DNA from: Fimbriosthenelais zetlandica | Taxonomy: Eukaryota | Reading direction: 5' to 3' | DNA length: 64,000 nucleotides | NCBI GenBank assembly: GCA_977030845.1 | Contig: OZ365110.1 | Coordinates: forward strand, 36,084,001-36,148,000 | Shown here: in pieces, positions 1 through 13,421 of the stretch | Layout: each line of letters opens with the position of its first letter | Position numbering within the stretch: position 1 is the first letter of the stretch | The notes under the pieces: generated by a model | Databases searched by the model: none | What the model was told of the DNA's origin: nothing | What the model saw: only the letters and a program-made list of their open reading frames with translations | Position numbers and translations under genes: made by a program

Positions 1-3000
1 AAGGGCAGCTGGGCAAAAGTTGACCACCCGAAATGACAACACAGACCATTGCCAGCCTTCGGCCAACAAGCCCTCCTCGGGACACCAGTGCTGGTAGCGG
101 GCTCAGATTAGTAGTTTGAGCCTGGCCAAATTAGATCTAGTTGCTGGAGAAGGGGGCTGATCAATCGGTCATTCAGGGGAGGAAGTCCAGGCATGGACTG
201 GATTACATGAGGGGAAGTGCAGATTAACTAAGTCCTGCAGCATGTTAGCATATGGCGAGGATAATCTGCTAACCCCACCATGTATGTATACTCAAATAGA
301 CAGCTAATCCAACCCCATTTGTCTGCCAAGCGACACCCATCTCTCCTTCCTCTGCCAACCAGACCTGCCCAATTCCCATTTCTTTCAAACAAATTCATAC
401 AAGGGTGGAGTTCAGAAATTGGGACAGTGGAATATTGGTATTATGACCTAAAAAAAACTGGTATATTGCAGCAGAGCTCAAGCAGGAGGATATCAGGCAT
501 GAATAGGCCCCCTCTAGATCCACATTTCCTCTTGGTGGTGCAGTAAGGGTGTGAGCACTGAAGTGGAATGGCTCGATTGAAAGTTGGTATCCGCTGGTCT
601 TTCACAGCGGTATGTGACCCAGTAACCCACAGCAAGAATCCCCTTTTCTTCCTGGATTGAGAGCCCCCACTATGGCGTGGGCTCATCCATTTGAGAAATA
701 ATAGGCCAATGGCAAGCCAATAGTCACTCACTGCCAATGTCAACACGCGTTACATGAAAACATCATCGAATGAGACTGAAGGAGGAGGGGATGGATATGG
801 TTCTGCTTCCCTTGGGGACAGGGCAGGAGCCCAAAGAATAGGCCTGCTAGGGTCAGTCCTCATGGAAATGGGATTCCTGATAAGGTGGTACCGACCCCTT
901 GGGCAAGGAATCACGGGCTGTGGGCATGACAATACCGTCCTTTATAGAGAGTAATGGCCAGATCGCATATCGACAAGAGTGCTCTGATGATCATCATTGG
1001 GAACAGGATGACAAAAAAGCGTCCTAAGCGACGGGATCACTTCCGGCCTGAGCTGCTGATATATCAGCTGGTAACCCAGTCCTACTTGGTACTAGCCATG
1101 TCCCATCAAGGGGTATTAGGACACTATTCACCATGTTATTTATTGGGTGAGGAGACGCAGGCTTTCTTAAATGCACAGTCGATTCATCATCAAAAAGGGA
1201 TTGGACAGGCTCCAATTTGCCACTTCTTGACGGCCACAGCAACAAAGTTCATATTTATGGGGGTGCTATGCATGTTCTCAGGCTGTCCCTAGTATAACTC
1301 TTCAGTTCAAGCTCTTTCACCATGTCTTTCCATACAATTTTGCATTATAACACAGTATGCAGTAAGGCAATATGGTAAAAATACTCAAGGGTTTGCCTAG
1401 GATATTTAGGACCTGCTATGCTTTCTTATACATCTATGTATCTGCTCTTTGTTTTAAAGAGCCTCAGAATTACATTCCGAATGAAGGATCCAATATTCTG
1501 CATGGTTTAGGGAAACCGGAAGAAAATAAATGGTTTGATGCATTTTCGATCTTATAGTACGTATACACACGGTGACGTGTTGTGGTGGGTGGTGTTTGTT
1601 TGGGGTCACACGTTGCTAACACAGGCCCTCGGTCTAAATATGCCCTGCCTTTGGATACAACACCACCTTAAGAGCATAATTCACATCTATGCGGGCGTTA
1701 GGTAATATAAACTACCTGTGGCTACCTCCCTAAATCCATTTGGAAATTGGTCATTATCCAAGGCTCTCCAAGCTAGGCAATACCTTTATATTACTGAAGC
1801 TGGCCTGTATCTAGAGGCAATATCAACATTTTCAAGATCCGAAACCTTGGTTTACATGCTTAAAAGGAGATATTCTCAAGTTATGTGAACATAGGGAAAA
1901 GGTTGAAATGAATAATTTGAGAGTTTCCCTAAATGACGTCACTTCATCTGAGGATGGTCATCCCTTTGATGGCGTCAAGGCAGCAGATCATTGTGGTAGG
2001 CATGGACCACATGAAAGAGCAATTACTAATGTGGTTTACTTCACTTAGTCTCAGAGAGCCTAACATGTTCTGAGCAATTAAATATTTACTTGTTTGTTTC
2101 CAATTACCCTCAGGTCGAATTCTGTGCGAAAAGAGAAGTCTAGATCACTTATGTATGAGAAGGTTAATTGTTTTTTCACACGCAACGATGGCGATGGACT
2201 CTCAGTGGGACAATGCTGCACTTCATCATCAGCCTCATGTAGAGACGTACATCATTTTGTTTGTGGGTCACTAACTGCATACGACCCCACAACGTCCCAG
2301 ACAAGACAACATTACTATGAACTACTGCACAACTTGGGGCTCTTTATTGCAGCTCAATTTGGCAATAAACCAGTGGCAGTGGGGCGCAAATAGGAAGCCA
2401 CACGTTGATTCAGTGATCTCAAAGAAATAATGCGAAATGATGACTGATCTCACTACATATATATTCTGCTTAACATGTCATGGACAGTTTTGTAAAATAA
2501 GCAGCTGAAATTGAACGTGCTAAAAACTGAAATATATATGCTTGCAAGTAGTACGAGTGGCATAAAAAAATCCTGGACCGTATTTCTATATATTTATGTA
2601 CTAAGTCATAAAAACACTTATTATTTGATTTAGGTCTTGTATCAGCAATGAATTTGTCACTACAAAATGCTTACTACAGACACAAGTGAAAATGGATATA
2701 TGATATTGGATGGACCTTTAGACAGTGCAATACAACGTCAGCAATATACTATGACTGTGTATTATCATATAGATATGAACAATATAATTGACTGGTGAAC
2801 ATGGCCGGTTGGATATTGGGGAAACCTTTTATATACGAAGGTAAATATATCACACCCCGGGTAGATAAGTACCTTCATGAAATAAACATCAAGGCAGCCG
2901 CGCTGTGCTGAAAGCAGTAACAACATTAACGTCCAAAGTGTTAGAACTGCGCAACGGATCGATGTAATTTACGAATACTCATTGATTGGTGAAAGGAAGT

Positions 3001-6000
3001 GGGCCTAGGTGATTCATCAAAAGTCACCAGCATTATCAAAAATTGATCCACAATTGACATTAGACATAAGTCATTATTTGTAGAACTTTTTATTTCAGGC
3101 AATTCTACACATATACATCATTACATCCTACATATATATGACTCATATATTTATTGCCTTGGAAGTACTAGTATTATATAAGGCAATTATGATCGTATAC
3201 CAGCCAACCTAAAATTTGCAGTACCACGCATTGACGATGATTCCCGGTATTTAGTGTATGAGAGTAATTCATTTTATGCTGTAATAAACGCCTGGGTGTA
3301 ATAAATTCACCACTTTGGTGATGAAGATATTCTATCACACCCATATATAGTAACTTCATAACACAGTATAAAGTATGGCAACAGATACTCTTGGGTCTAT
3401 TATATTGAATGCTATTGATGTATACTGTAGCATTATAGATCACTGTTTGTGTATCATTAGATACATAGGCATGGTTCGGATGGTATTGTTGCTCCACATA
3501 GAAGAAACCACCTCTTCAGTCAACCCCTGAAGCCATAGTATTTTGATCATTGGGGTGTGCATGATCTGAGCTAAGCAAATATCCCCTTCCCTCTCTTTGA
3601 TCTATATCAGATCCTCGCTGTCTAACACGACTCCAGCAATCTCATTTTTAAACATTGTCATGGCAGGAGAATATACATACACTGACTGGTCCAGTTGATG
3701 TAAACATCACATTGATTAAAATATCTCTACATCGACATGTACAAGCATTGAGGGGCCATCTTCATGTGAGTCTGTTGAAAGGTTTGTGTCAATAAATGGA
3801 ACTCTACGGGGCCTTCATGTTCCATATATCATTCATCAACACTCATTCTGGAACCAATAAGCAGCCAAAAGCTATTCATCGCCGTCTATGTGGCTAATTA
3901 TTGAAAAGGCTTTGCTCGAGAATGAAGGAAAATTGCTGTTCAGGTAAGAATTAGGCAATGGTTTCCTCACACAAAGAAAACTGATGTTTTAAGGATCAAA
4001 CATAGAACACATAGACAACTTTGATTCCAGGCTCTAGAGGGGTTTCCCATCTATTCCTGCCTGCATTAAATGTATCTTGTTTTTGCTGCCTCTGGAGAGG
4101 AAAATCCAATATGCTGTCGACTGTATTTACATTCCAATTCCAGCTGTTGTGAATAAATAATATATATCACGACGCAGCTTGCGTGTTTTTCCCTCTGAGA
4201 TCAATGGTTGCAGTGATATGGATATTTGTTTCCATTTTTTTCTCAGGTCTGTTCATTACATTGAATTTCATACATCCTCTGAACTGCTTGTAAAGAATAG
4301 CTGAATCCAGCATTCCTCAAGCCACAGTTTTAGTTATCACTATAATTATATTATGTCAAGCAGATGAATTCTAAACATAACAATGCTTTAGCTTATGGTT
4401 ATGAAGCAGGCCCCTAAATAAAACTCATGGTTCTCGTATAACAGTAATTGCTATGTTATTTATGAAAGTGAGTCAGACGGTGAAATAACTTTCAATAAAC
4501 CAAAAGGGGGTGAAATATTATAAAGTATGCATTTTTAGGTCTTGTTTAGTATTATACAAAGACATAAAAGACAACTGCATGCCATGAAGGAAACCTGTAT
4601 TGTTGTCAGGTTGTCATCATATAGCTTCATTGTTTTGCAAACAAAGGAAACAATCTTCCAGTCCATCTACTGTACACGCTCAGTGAAAAACCTTCCATTT
4701 GAGCAAGTCTTTCTATTTCGTGAAGCAAAGCTCAGTACAGCAATGCATCACCTGTCAATACTCTGTTTGGCAACATCAAAGAGCTGTAGCTAGACAGTTG
4801 GCATACTTTGAATTTCATTTCTGCAGAGTATGGAGGGTGCTATAGTGGCGTCTGAGAGATAACCAACAAGATATTGGCAAAGTGAGTGTGGATGATGGAT
4901 GAAAAGGGATGAGCCAAGGTTTATGCTTTATGCGTTCTGTGGCTTGGTGCTGGGAGAGATGGTTCCAAGCAGTCTTGGGACTCAGGGCTCGCTATGGAGG
5001 ATTGTAAGGCACTAAACATCTTGAGGCAGTGTACTGGGGTCCTTAAGTTTCGATCCAGAGTCCAGGGTTGTAGATCTCTGACAGGTGCCAGCTTTATAGT
5101 GCTGGTAAACACCTATGCTGGACAGCACTTTATCTACAGCTCCATCAGCAGCCTATAGCAGCCTGCTGGATGGAAATGCATGAAATAATGATGGCAGACA
5201 ATAGGATCGTTCAGGGATGGACGTGAGCAGTTAGATATCACTAAGTTCATCTGGGTGCTGCTTCATTCTTCAATAGATAAACTGCATACACACAGTTGAA
5301 TAATTAATATCCCGATATTGAATGACTGAAATGTACATATTCCCGTTAATACTTTGGATGTTAAAATCTTTTGATGGACACACTTTGAGGAAAGGAGCAC
5401 TACAATAAAATTAATTGCTTTTATGAGAAATACTAATGGGGGTGGTATCTTGATCTTGTGTAGATAGTGATTCTGCCATGTCAGACAAAATGACAGATTA
5501 AAATCCTTTTCTTGTTATTCGCCTTTGTCAATGTGTGGAACTATAAAAGGGCGATCTGATTTAATGATTGTTGACTTCAACAGGCATTCTTCACCAGACC
5601 CTGGACAAAAAATCAGGCAAGATATTTATTAAGGATGAGGTCATTTTTATCTGAAGAGTACTTATAAATCGTTCGTCATTTCTAATATTCCCCAATGAAA
5701 TATTACTATTAATCAGTCAGTACGAAACTGATGATAAGCCAGAAATGTTAATGTAAAGGAAGGAGGAAAGGAAGTGCGACAAAAACCAAAAACAACTAAA
5801 GCAAGAAGGAAGACGTATGGAGCGATTGGTACACATGTATGGGAAGTAAGAATTACGGAGAAGCAAAGGAAGAACAAAAAACAACAATGACAGCAAGAAA
5901 GAAGGTATATGGAGTGGTAGGTGGTGTAGGCATGGGAATATAGAATAACAGACGAGGGTGAATCTAACTTTTAGAAAACATCCACGTGTTAGTGGACAAT

Positions 6001-9000
6001 ATATTTCTCTGAAGTGTTAATCAATATGAGAAGAGGCAGGAAGGAATACGAGATTGTAGCGTGAGAATGACTGGTACTTGTGTCCCAGACCCGATTTTCT
6101 CAGCAATAAAAGGGGAGGGCAAATGTGAAGCAAAACGAGTAGTAAACCGTAGTATGTCCCTTCAGGGTCATGCGATCTATTATCCTCACTCTCTGAAGGC
6201 GAGAGATAACAAGAATCGCTGATAAGAGTTCTTCATGAAGACCTTCCCACTGAAGAAGCCATTGTCCAAAGGGGAACGACATGCACCTGTAAATATATGG
6301 AGGGCCCCAGGTTTTCACACACTTTGTTGTTACCAAGGGAAATACAGCTGAGATATTTCTATACTCTGGTCGTGATAATGTGTTCTTGTTTTAAGAATAG
6401 GATTCAAACTGGTCAAATTAAAAATGATTGAGAAAAGCTTCAATGCTATGGATTTTCCTATTCAAACAGGGATTGATCAATGGAAAGGATTGCATAGTGT
6501 ATCCCAATCCCTTCTCTAGCTAACATATAACACTAGATCTAAACAGAGTCCTTATAATCACCACCAAACCTTTATTGCTACGTTTCATGAAGCCTTTGCA
6601 GCTGATTCCCTGTTTGCATGACACACATCTCTTTTGTTCTGTGATTTGTGGCTACCCAATAGCCCTTCATGCTTCTACCGGTCATCAGGGAAGCAATGCA
6701 TCCATCGCGTTTTCCCCAGCTCTTAAGCTCTTTACCCCAGGCAAGGCGAAAACATTAACATTACAAATGCCTCAGGCCCAGATGGCATGCAAAAAAGGAC
6801 CTTTACAAAGGACTAAATCCTCTGACAAAAACTCAATGGCAAGATCAGACCCAGGCAGTCAGGTAAGGAATCAGCTGATAGCTCAGTCATGGATTTCTCT
6901 ATATGAAACATGATACTGCAATGGATCAAACTTGCCAAGGGCCTTTAAGCATGGACATTGTGTTCATCTCTCCTCACGAACGGTAACTTGATATTTTTTT
7001 TCTTCAAAATGTTGAAAAACATCTGCATGGGAGGAGCAGACTGAGAAGAAGTCACATCAAATGCACAGGGTAATTTCTTGCCTCTGGAAAATTTAATTCA
7101 CTTCATTTCACTCTGAAGAGGGACCATTTTATGAAAGAAGACATAAATAATTTATGTATCCATTTAAGGGTTAATTCCACGGGATTAATATTCTTACTTT
7201 AATTAAGATTTCTTTTACTCCTAGAATAACTTTCAGTTTTAATCTCCTTGAAAGATTGTGAGCATTTGTCAAGGCAGCAAATTGTGTATGATAGTTAAAC
7301 TATATTTATGGTGGAAGGCCAGGACGCTTCATAGAGTTGGGTTGGAGGAGAAGTATGTGGAACAAGAGTACTTCAGAGAGAGAATGGAGAATGGAATGCT
7401 AGGATCAAGAGCTTGCTGAGGAAATGCTGCTTTCCCAAGCCAACAAAATGTGGGCTTATTGTTTGCAAATACAAGCAAGAGTGCACCCTCTATTTATGAT
7501 TTCAGGCTTCGCCCTATCACAGCTAGTAAGAAAAAGGCACATTGCTTCTGGTTCCACTTCAAAGTATTTCGTGGGTTGGCTAGAGGCATGTTTAGCTAAG
7601 GAATTCCCGATTTTGATAGTTATATGAGATGTCAAGAAGAAGAATTGATCTAATCACCACTGAGCAGATATGAGCAGGTCGCAAACTAAGCAGTGTCCAG
7701 AAGGTAGCATTAGCATGACCAAGAAATAATTTTTCTATTACACAAAATATATATTTATCCCATGGGATAGAGAGCATTGAGAGGGGAGGGGAAAGAAAAG
7801 GGCCAGAGGTGGGAATGGTCATGAGCAACTCATAACAGAGCATCCCATCAGAGCAGATGTGAGCAGGTCGTGACCTGAAGACTAGAAAACAAGGATGGAA
7901 GATGTAAAGAAAAGGGTTGGAAAGGGAGAAGAAGTGACTGATGAGAGCAGCTCATTTTTTTAGGTTGAGTTTATTTATTGTCCCAGTTTCTAAAGTGTAT
8001 ACTATAAGAATTAATATTGGCTGAGGCGGAGACTTTTCTTAGGATGTCATATTAGTGAGTCAGAGGGCCCAGCAGAATAGATCTAATCACCTCTGCTATG
8101 GCGGTTAATTACATTGTCCCAACATCACCATTAACATAGGCCTATCTACGGTACAGAGAAACTCGAAAAGAAGAGAAAATAAGGAAAGGGGAAAACAGGG
8201 GCATTCTCGAGCGGTTCATATTAAAAGTGATGCAATTTTATTCAGAAACATGACCCAAGGTTAAATGTATAATGTCATGAAAAGGGGAAAGTAGGAAATA
8301 AGAGAGATACTAATTCTCAGAGGACCAGCGTAATAGTCTGAGAGTTTCGGTATTTCCTTATATGTGCAGTCGCGATAGTCAACATAGGACTGCGACCTAT
8401 ATTTAGATTGGGGGTAGCTGAATGCCATTATTCCCCAAAGGAGCAAATCTGTATGTCTCTCTGGGATTTCCTGCACATTAACCTGTGGCTTATCCCTCAT
8501 TTGACATCTTACAGTAAATGGAGCTTTGAAGACCTGGCTTAAAAGCTATAAATAGAGATTCTTTACTGTTCAATGAGGTCCATGCTTGCATATATATCTC
8601 CATCATATACATGATGTATACAGTTCCTGCATGAAGTTCATAGACTCATGCATAGTCTCCATCTTTTCACAATAACTATGAGATACATTGGCAACCTCGG
8701 GGAGAGTGTCAGTGGCAAATTTGAAAAGATTAGAAAAAAAATTAGAACTGCATCTTTGTAGGTAGTGTGCAGATTTAAAGCCTGTTCTGGGAGTGCAATG
8801 AATCACATCCCATTACTCGACTTTTCAGGCCTCTGGTCTAAGACCTGCATGGAATTCAAGGCACGCCAATTCTTGCCTGCATGGTGTCATTTTAATGACG
8901 GAGGAAACCTCTTTTGGTTGAGGTGGCAATGTGACTGAAGCAAGTATTGGATGATATATAACACTTTAGACCCTGTGATCAATATTTCTGTGGAAAGAAT

Positions 9001-12000
9001 CGCTCTGCACCTGTTGAGAATCACCATATTCGTCGTAAGTGGTCAGCCTGACTACTTAAAGTACCAATCGATGAGGACACTTTAAAAGATGTTTTTGCTG
9101 GGAGGGCAAGGCCCTGCATCGATCGCTTGTGGGTAGGAGGGACCTGGAAGGTCCTTGACTCTCACGGTCCGTCGACTTGATAGAACACTTACATGGGTCA
9201 CACGCTAACATCACTTCACGCTGATTACTTCTTGTAGCAGACATCTGTCAGTTCCATTGGATTTGTGCTTACTTAGTGTCCGCCTTCTATGGTCTGCTCC
9301 ATCAGGGAAGAGGGACGAGCCAAGCCCTATAACTCCCCAGCCACAATTGACCAGGCGAGGAATAAAAGACTTCCTCGGTGCAAACAGTGCACTGGTTGAG
9401 AGGTTTCTTTGAAACCATGACAACGCATTCATCCAATTTTCTAACGCATTGTAAATATGATGATAAAGGACAGTCTATATATGTCTCACCATCCATTAGC
9501 GTACACCTCAATAATACATGTACGTAGATGATATACAATGTACTATAGAGATAACAAGAACAAAATGCCATATTTCTTCTTGAGAAAAAAATGGCATAAT
9601 TATTTCTAGTCCCCGTGTCTCATGAATCAGCCACAAAAGACATAAGGCTGAGACCAATGATGCATTATGGTTCAGCTCCACCCTATAGGTCTTCAAGGAC
9701 CCTCTTTATCAATAGCTGAATGTGTTATCGGGGAATGATTTGACATTGAAGACGATACGTTATCCTGAATCAATTCATTGCGAGGGGTTGTTGTGAGATA
9801 GCATCAGGTCAAGGCAGACAGGCCTTGTTCTGCAGAGACACCGCACCCCAACAGATTTCAGTTCATGGCTCTGGATGACCCTCGAAATTCCCCCCTCAGC
9901 GTGAGCACTTCCCTCAAGGCTGAGAAACGTTAAAGTCACTTGGTCAGATAAACAAGATGATAAATTTAAAGATGGGTCGGACAGAGCACGCCCATTAAAC
10001 ACTATTCATCACAAACAAGGCCCTGTTGGGAAACAGGAAGTAACATGGGCTAGGCCCTGGGATACGTCAAAGGAGGTATTATGGGATGGAAGATCAGGGG
10101 AGAGCTACTATCAGTGCAAAGGGTGCCATCTCAACTCCTCTTAAATCTTCTTTACTGGGTCATCTGAATATTGAATTCCATGCAGCTTTACTACATTATG
10201 TGTGAAGCCAAAGCTGGTTGATTTCTGTTTCACCAGGATACAGATCAGTGAATTTTAAAATTTTAAAGTACCTGAGGTTTGTGGGGTTTTTTCCATTTAA
10301 TTGTGTCTCATTAATGTTTTACGCTGTTATTTTGGCCTCATCTAATCAATCGATTTTTAAATGATTTTCTGTCATTATAAATAACTAAATATTGGATATA
10401 CGCAAAGCATTAATTATTTGCCAAGCTCAACAGATTATAGCATGTGTCTGTTAAGTGACCCCATCTGCTTAGGAGGCATTGATTATTTCAAGTCAGTTAT
10501 TAATGAAATTTGTAAGCATTTTGCACTGTATTTTCCAACTGCATAATGGTTAAATGACATGCCTTCCATTTTTTAGGTGTCATCGGTTTATTGACCTAAA
10601 TATGGATCTTTCCCGGGGGATGCCATTACCTCGTCATAATGCATCATTTCCGGTCCACTTGTCCCACGGCACAGACAATGAATCCATCAAAATAAACACC
10701 CTAATGACGCGCGCGGACTGCGCCAAATTTTATTAATGAATTTCCAATCAGCTAGCGTCCCTAATCCATGCCCTAACAGAGGCCCCTCCCACCCATCTCC
10801 CCGTTTTTTAATTGCTTGTTTCGTAATAATCAAACGTATTCAACAGGCGAAGAAATTCACAATGATTGGCCAGGCAAGATTCATTCTTTAAGGGACGTGA
10901 AAGGAAATTCGCGCCCTGCAGTAATGAACTGGAGTAAGAAATGGATCTTCCCCAGAGGGATCAATATCCATCCAATGCTCTTAAGACCCTGTCAACATGA
11001 GCCTTCCTGGGGTGCCGGACTCCAGACTGACTGCCAAATTGATAGATTCCTCGACTGCAAAATTCTGATAAGCTCAGATTTGCCAGGCCAACACAAAGCC
11101 TGAATGCAGGAAAGTGTAATAAAAGAAATATAAACCGCTTTCCTGCTGGAATCATGAGATTTCTTCATCCATGTGAATGTTTGCTTCGTGTATTATTAAG
11201 TCACTTATATCAAGTTTGTCTTGCTGGAATGGACAAAGCGGTCTGACTGACAGTAAAAATATTTGCAAAAAAAAACATTCAGTGGAAGATTCTGGCTATG
11301 TACACTAGGGTAGCTCAGGTCTACGAGTTTTTTCTCTGGAAATCTGTAACTCAATAGCGTGCATGTTGGGAACATTTTCTTATTAGTTCCATTAAAAATG
11401 TAGGAGATGGTAAAAAGCCTTTTCATTCAGGAGGCACTGCTATATGACTGCAACATTACATGCACCTGATGCCACGAGAGCTTAGCTGGCTCAAAGAAGC
11501 AAACACACTGCATCTGAATTATGCAGGAAATGTCGGTGTCATTCAAATTAAAGCAAGAGGATTCTCAGCAGGTCTGAGTGATAAAAAGTAGAGCAAAGAG
11601 TAACAAATCACCGACAGTCAGTAATTGCCTTGCCTCTTCCTTTGAGAAAATAAGTCCTGCTGCTTATATAGCTCTGTCCCACCAGAAGCCAATCATTCCA
11701 GCTTGTCTCTAATGATGAATGGATTCTGATTTTAATTATATTCAGTCCAATTAACAGGGAATGCAGATCCAAGGCTTAATAAGAACGAAAAAGGATAAGC
11801 TACAGAGAATAACTCTGGCTTGAGTTTCTACTCCATTGGCTATATATACTAACATGGAAAAGTGTGTAGGCCTATACTCATTTTGAAAGGAAAGGTCATA
11901 GGATAAACTCAAATCAGTCTCATTAACAAATTCATCATCACAGAGTGGGCGACATATAAAGTTTATATAGCTGCATGTGTAGGCTATTTTTCTTACCTAA

Positions 12001-12521
12001 AATATACAAAGACGGTAGGAAGTTTTATTTCGGTCAAGCCTCACACTGCAGTGTTTGTGAATGTCCCGGAGTGTGCAAGAAGCAAACTTACCAAATGTAC
12101 CTATAGTCTTCGAGAAAATTCAGTTGCTTAGACTTACAAACGCAACTTGGGCCAAAATATTGGCATCCAAGTATGCTAACGGTGGTATAAATAGATCTAC
12201 TCATGCTTGGTATAGTACAATTCAAGAGGTAGGTGCTCCAATTGTATCAGGTACTTTAATAATTAGTTCCCTTTCATAAATGGGCAATAAGAACTAAAAG
12301 CGTGAGATGGACAGGTTGTACAGTTTGAGGTCATGGAACTAAGTTGATTATTTCGCTAATTTTGAAATATATAATATATAATTTCAGGCACGTATACGGG
12401 ATTTATTTGGCGGTGACCATTTTGAAAATTGTGGACCATATACAGGACTATGTGACGTGCTCCTATGACACAATGTGGCTGACAACACTAACTCAACACC
12501 ACCCCCCAATTTCAAGTCTGG

Positions 12522-12662
12522 NNNNNNNNNNNNNNNNNNNNNNNNNNNNNNNNNNNNNNNNNNNNNNNNNNNNNNNNNNNNNNNNNNNNNNNNNNNNNNN
12601 NNNNNNNNNNNNNNNNNNNNNNNNNNNNNNNNNNNNNNNNNNNNNNNNNNNNNNNNNNNNNN
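12522..12662. other. Assembly gap (141 N)
   Basis: Run of N bases. Confidence 1.
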
Positions 12663-12970
12663 AAAGGAAATGTACATGGTCGAGTATAACACCAATTAAA
12701 GGAAACTCTGCAGGGAGACAAAAATAGTAGTTTCTTACCATTTTTGATTGGTAAACAGTGTCGGGTATTAACGGGATCAATGACCTCGCCTGGATTGGCT
12801 CGGCAGGTTAGAGAAAAGCTATGACTGAGGGCCGTCAGGCTCGGTCATTAATCCCTAATTTATAAACCTAGTCCCCTCCTGTTTGGGAAGCCTATTGGAA
12901 AACATGGGTATGAATTGCAAGTTATGAATATCCAGTGCATATATGGTGGATATCTGGAACAATAATTGGA

Positions 12971-13421
12971 TACCTACCAGGAATTATTGCCTGGTGATTC
13001 TTGCAGTGATTCTTGCACGTGGAGCTTGTCTACAAGAGCGTCATCATCAAATGCATCAATTGCTATCCGAAAATGATATGCTGCCATAATCTGAAAGTAA
13101 AAGCAACCAATTGTTATCTCCCTCAACAGAATGTAGACACGCATGCACCTTAGTCCATGTAGGTGACTCACTGGCATCGGTAAAGTTCTCCGGCCCCTTC
13201 CGGTGTGGGGAGACATTGGGGGATATAGGTAGAAACGTTTGCAAGAATTGCAAGACATGTATACCTAATAGATATCTCTAACGACTTTCTACACAGATAG
13301 GGTACCTACCAGGGATCAACGTCAAGTGCACCAATTGCCACCAGAAAATGATATGTTGCCAGAATCGCAAGGTAAATGTCAGAAATTGAGATCTCTCTCG
13401 ACAGAATTCGACAACATGCAT
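12971..13421. repeat. Diverged tandem duplication (two ~110-170 bp copies, about 275-330 bp apart)
   Basis: 13043-13146 aligns with 13315-13421 (shared aaaatgatatg, caattg, acagaat, catgca). Both copies are preceded by tacctaccagg (12971, 13303). Confidence 0.7.

Noticed and set aside
1-1300. Relatively GC-rich block with several ORFs
   Set aside because: No recognisable domain or splice-consistent exon in the frames I translated. It may be old transposon sequence but cannot be named.
3174-3497. 107-aa ORF with a vague class-B GPCR flavour
   Set aside because: Motif spacing is wrong and there is no supporting neighbouring exon.
12344-12780. ORFs of 69-127 aa
   Set aside because: They stay open only because they span the N gap.
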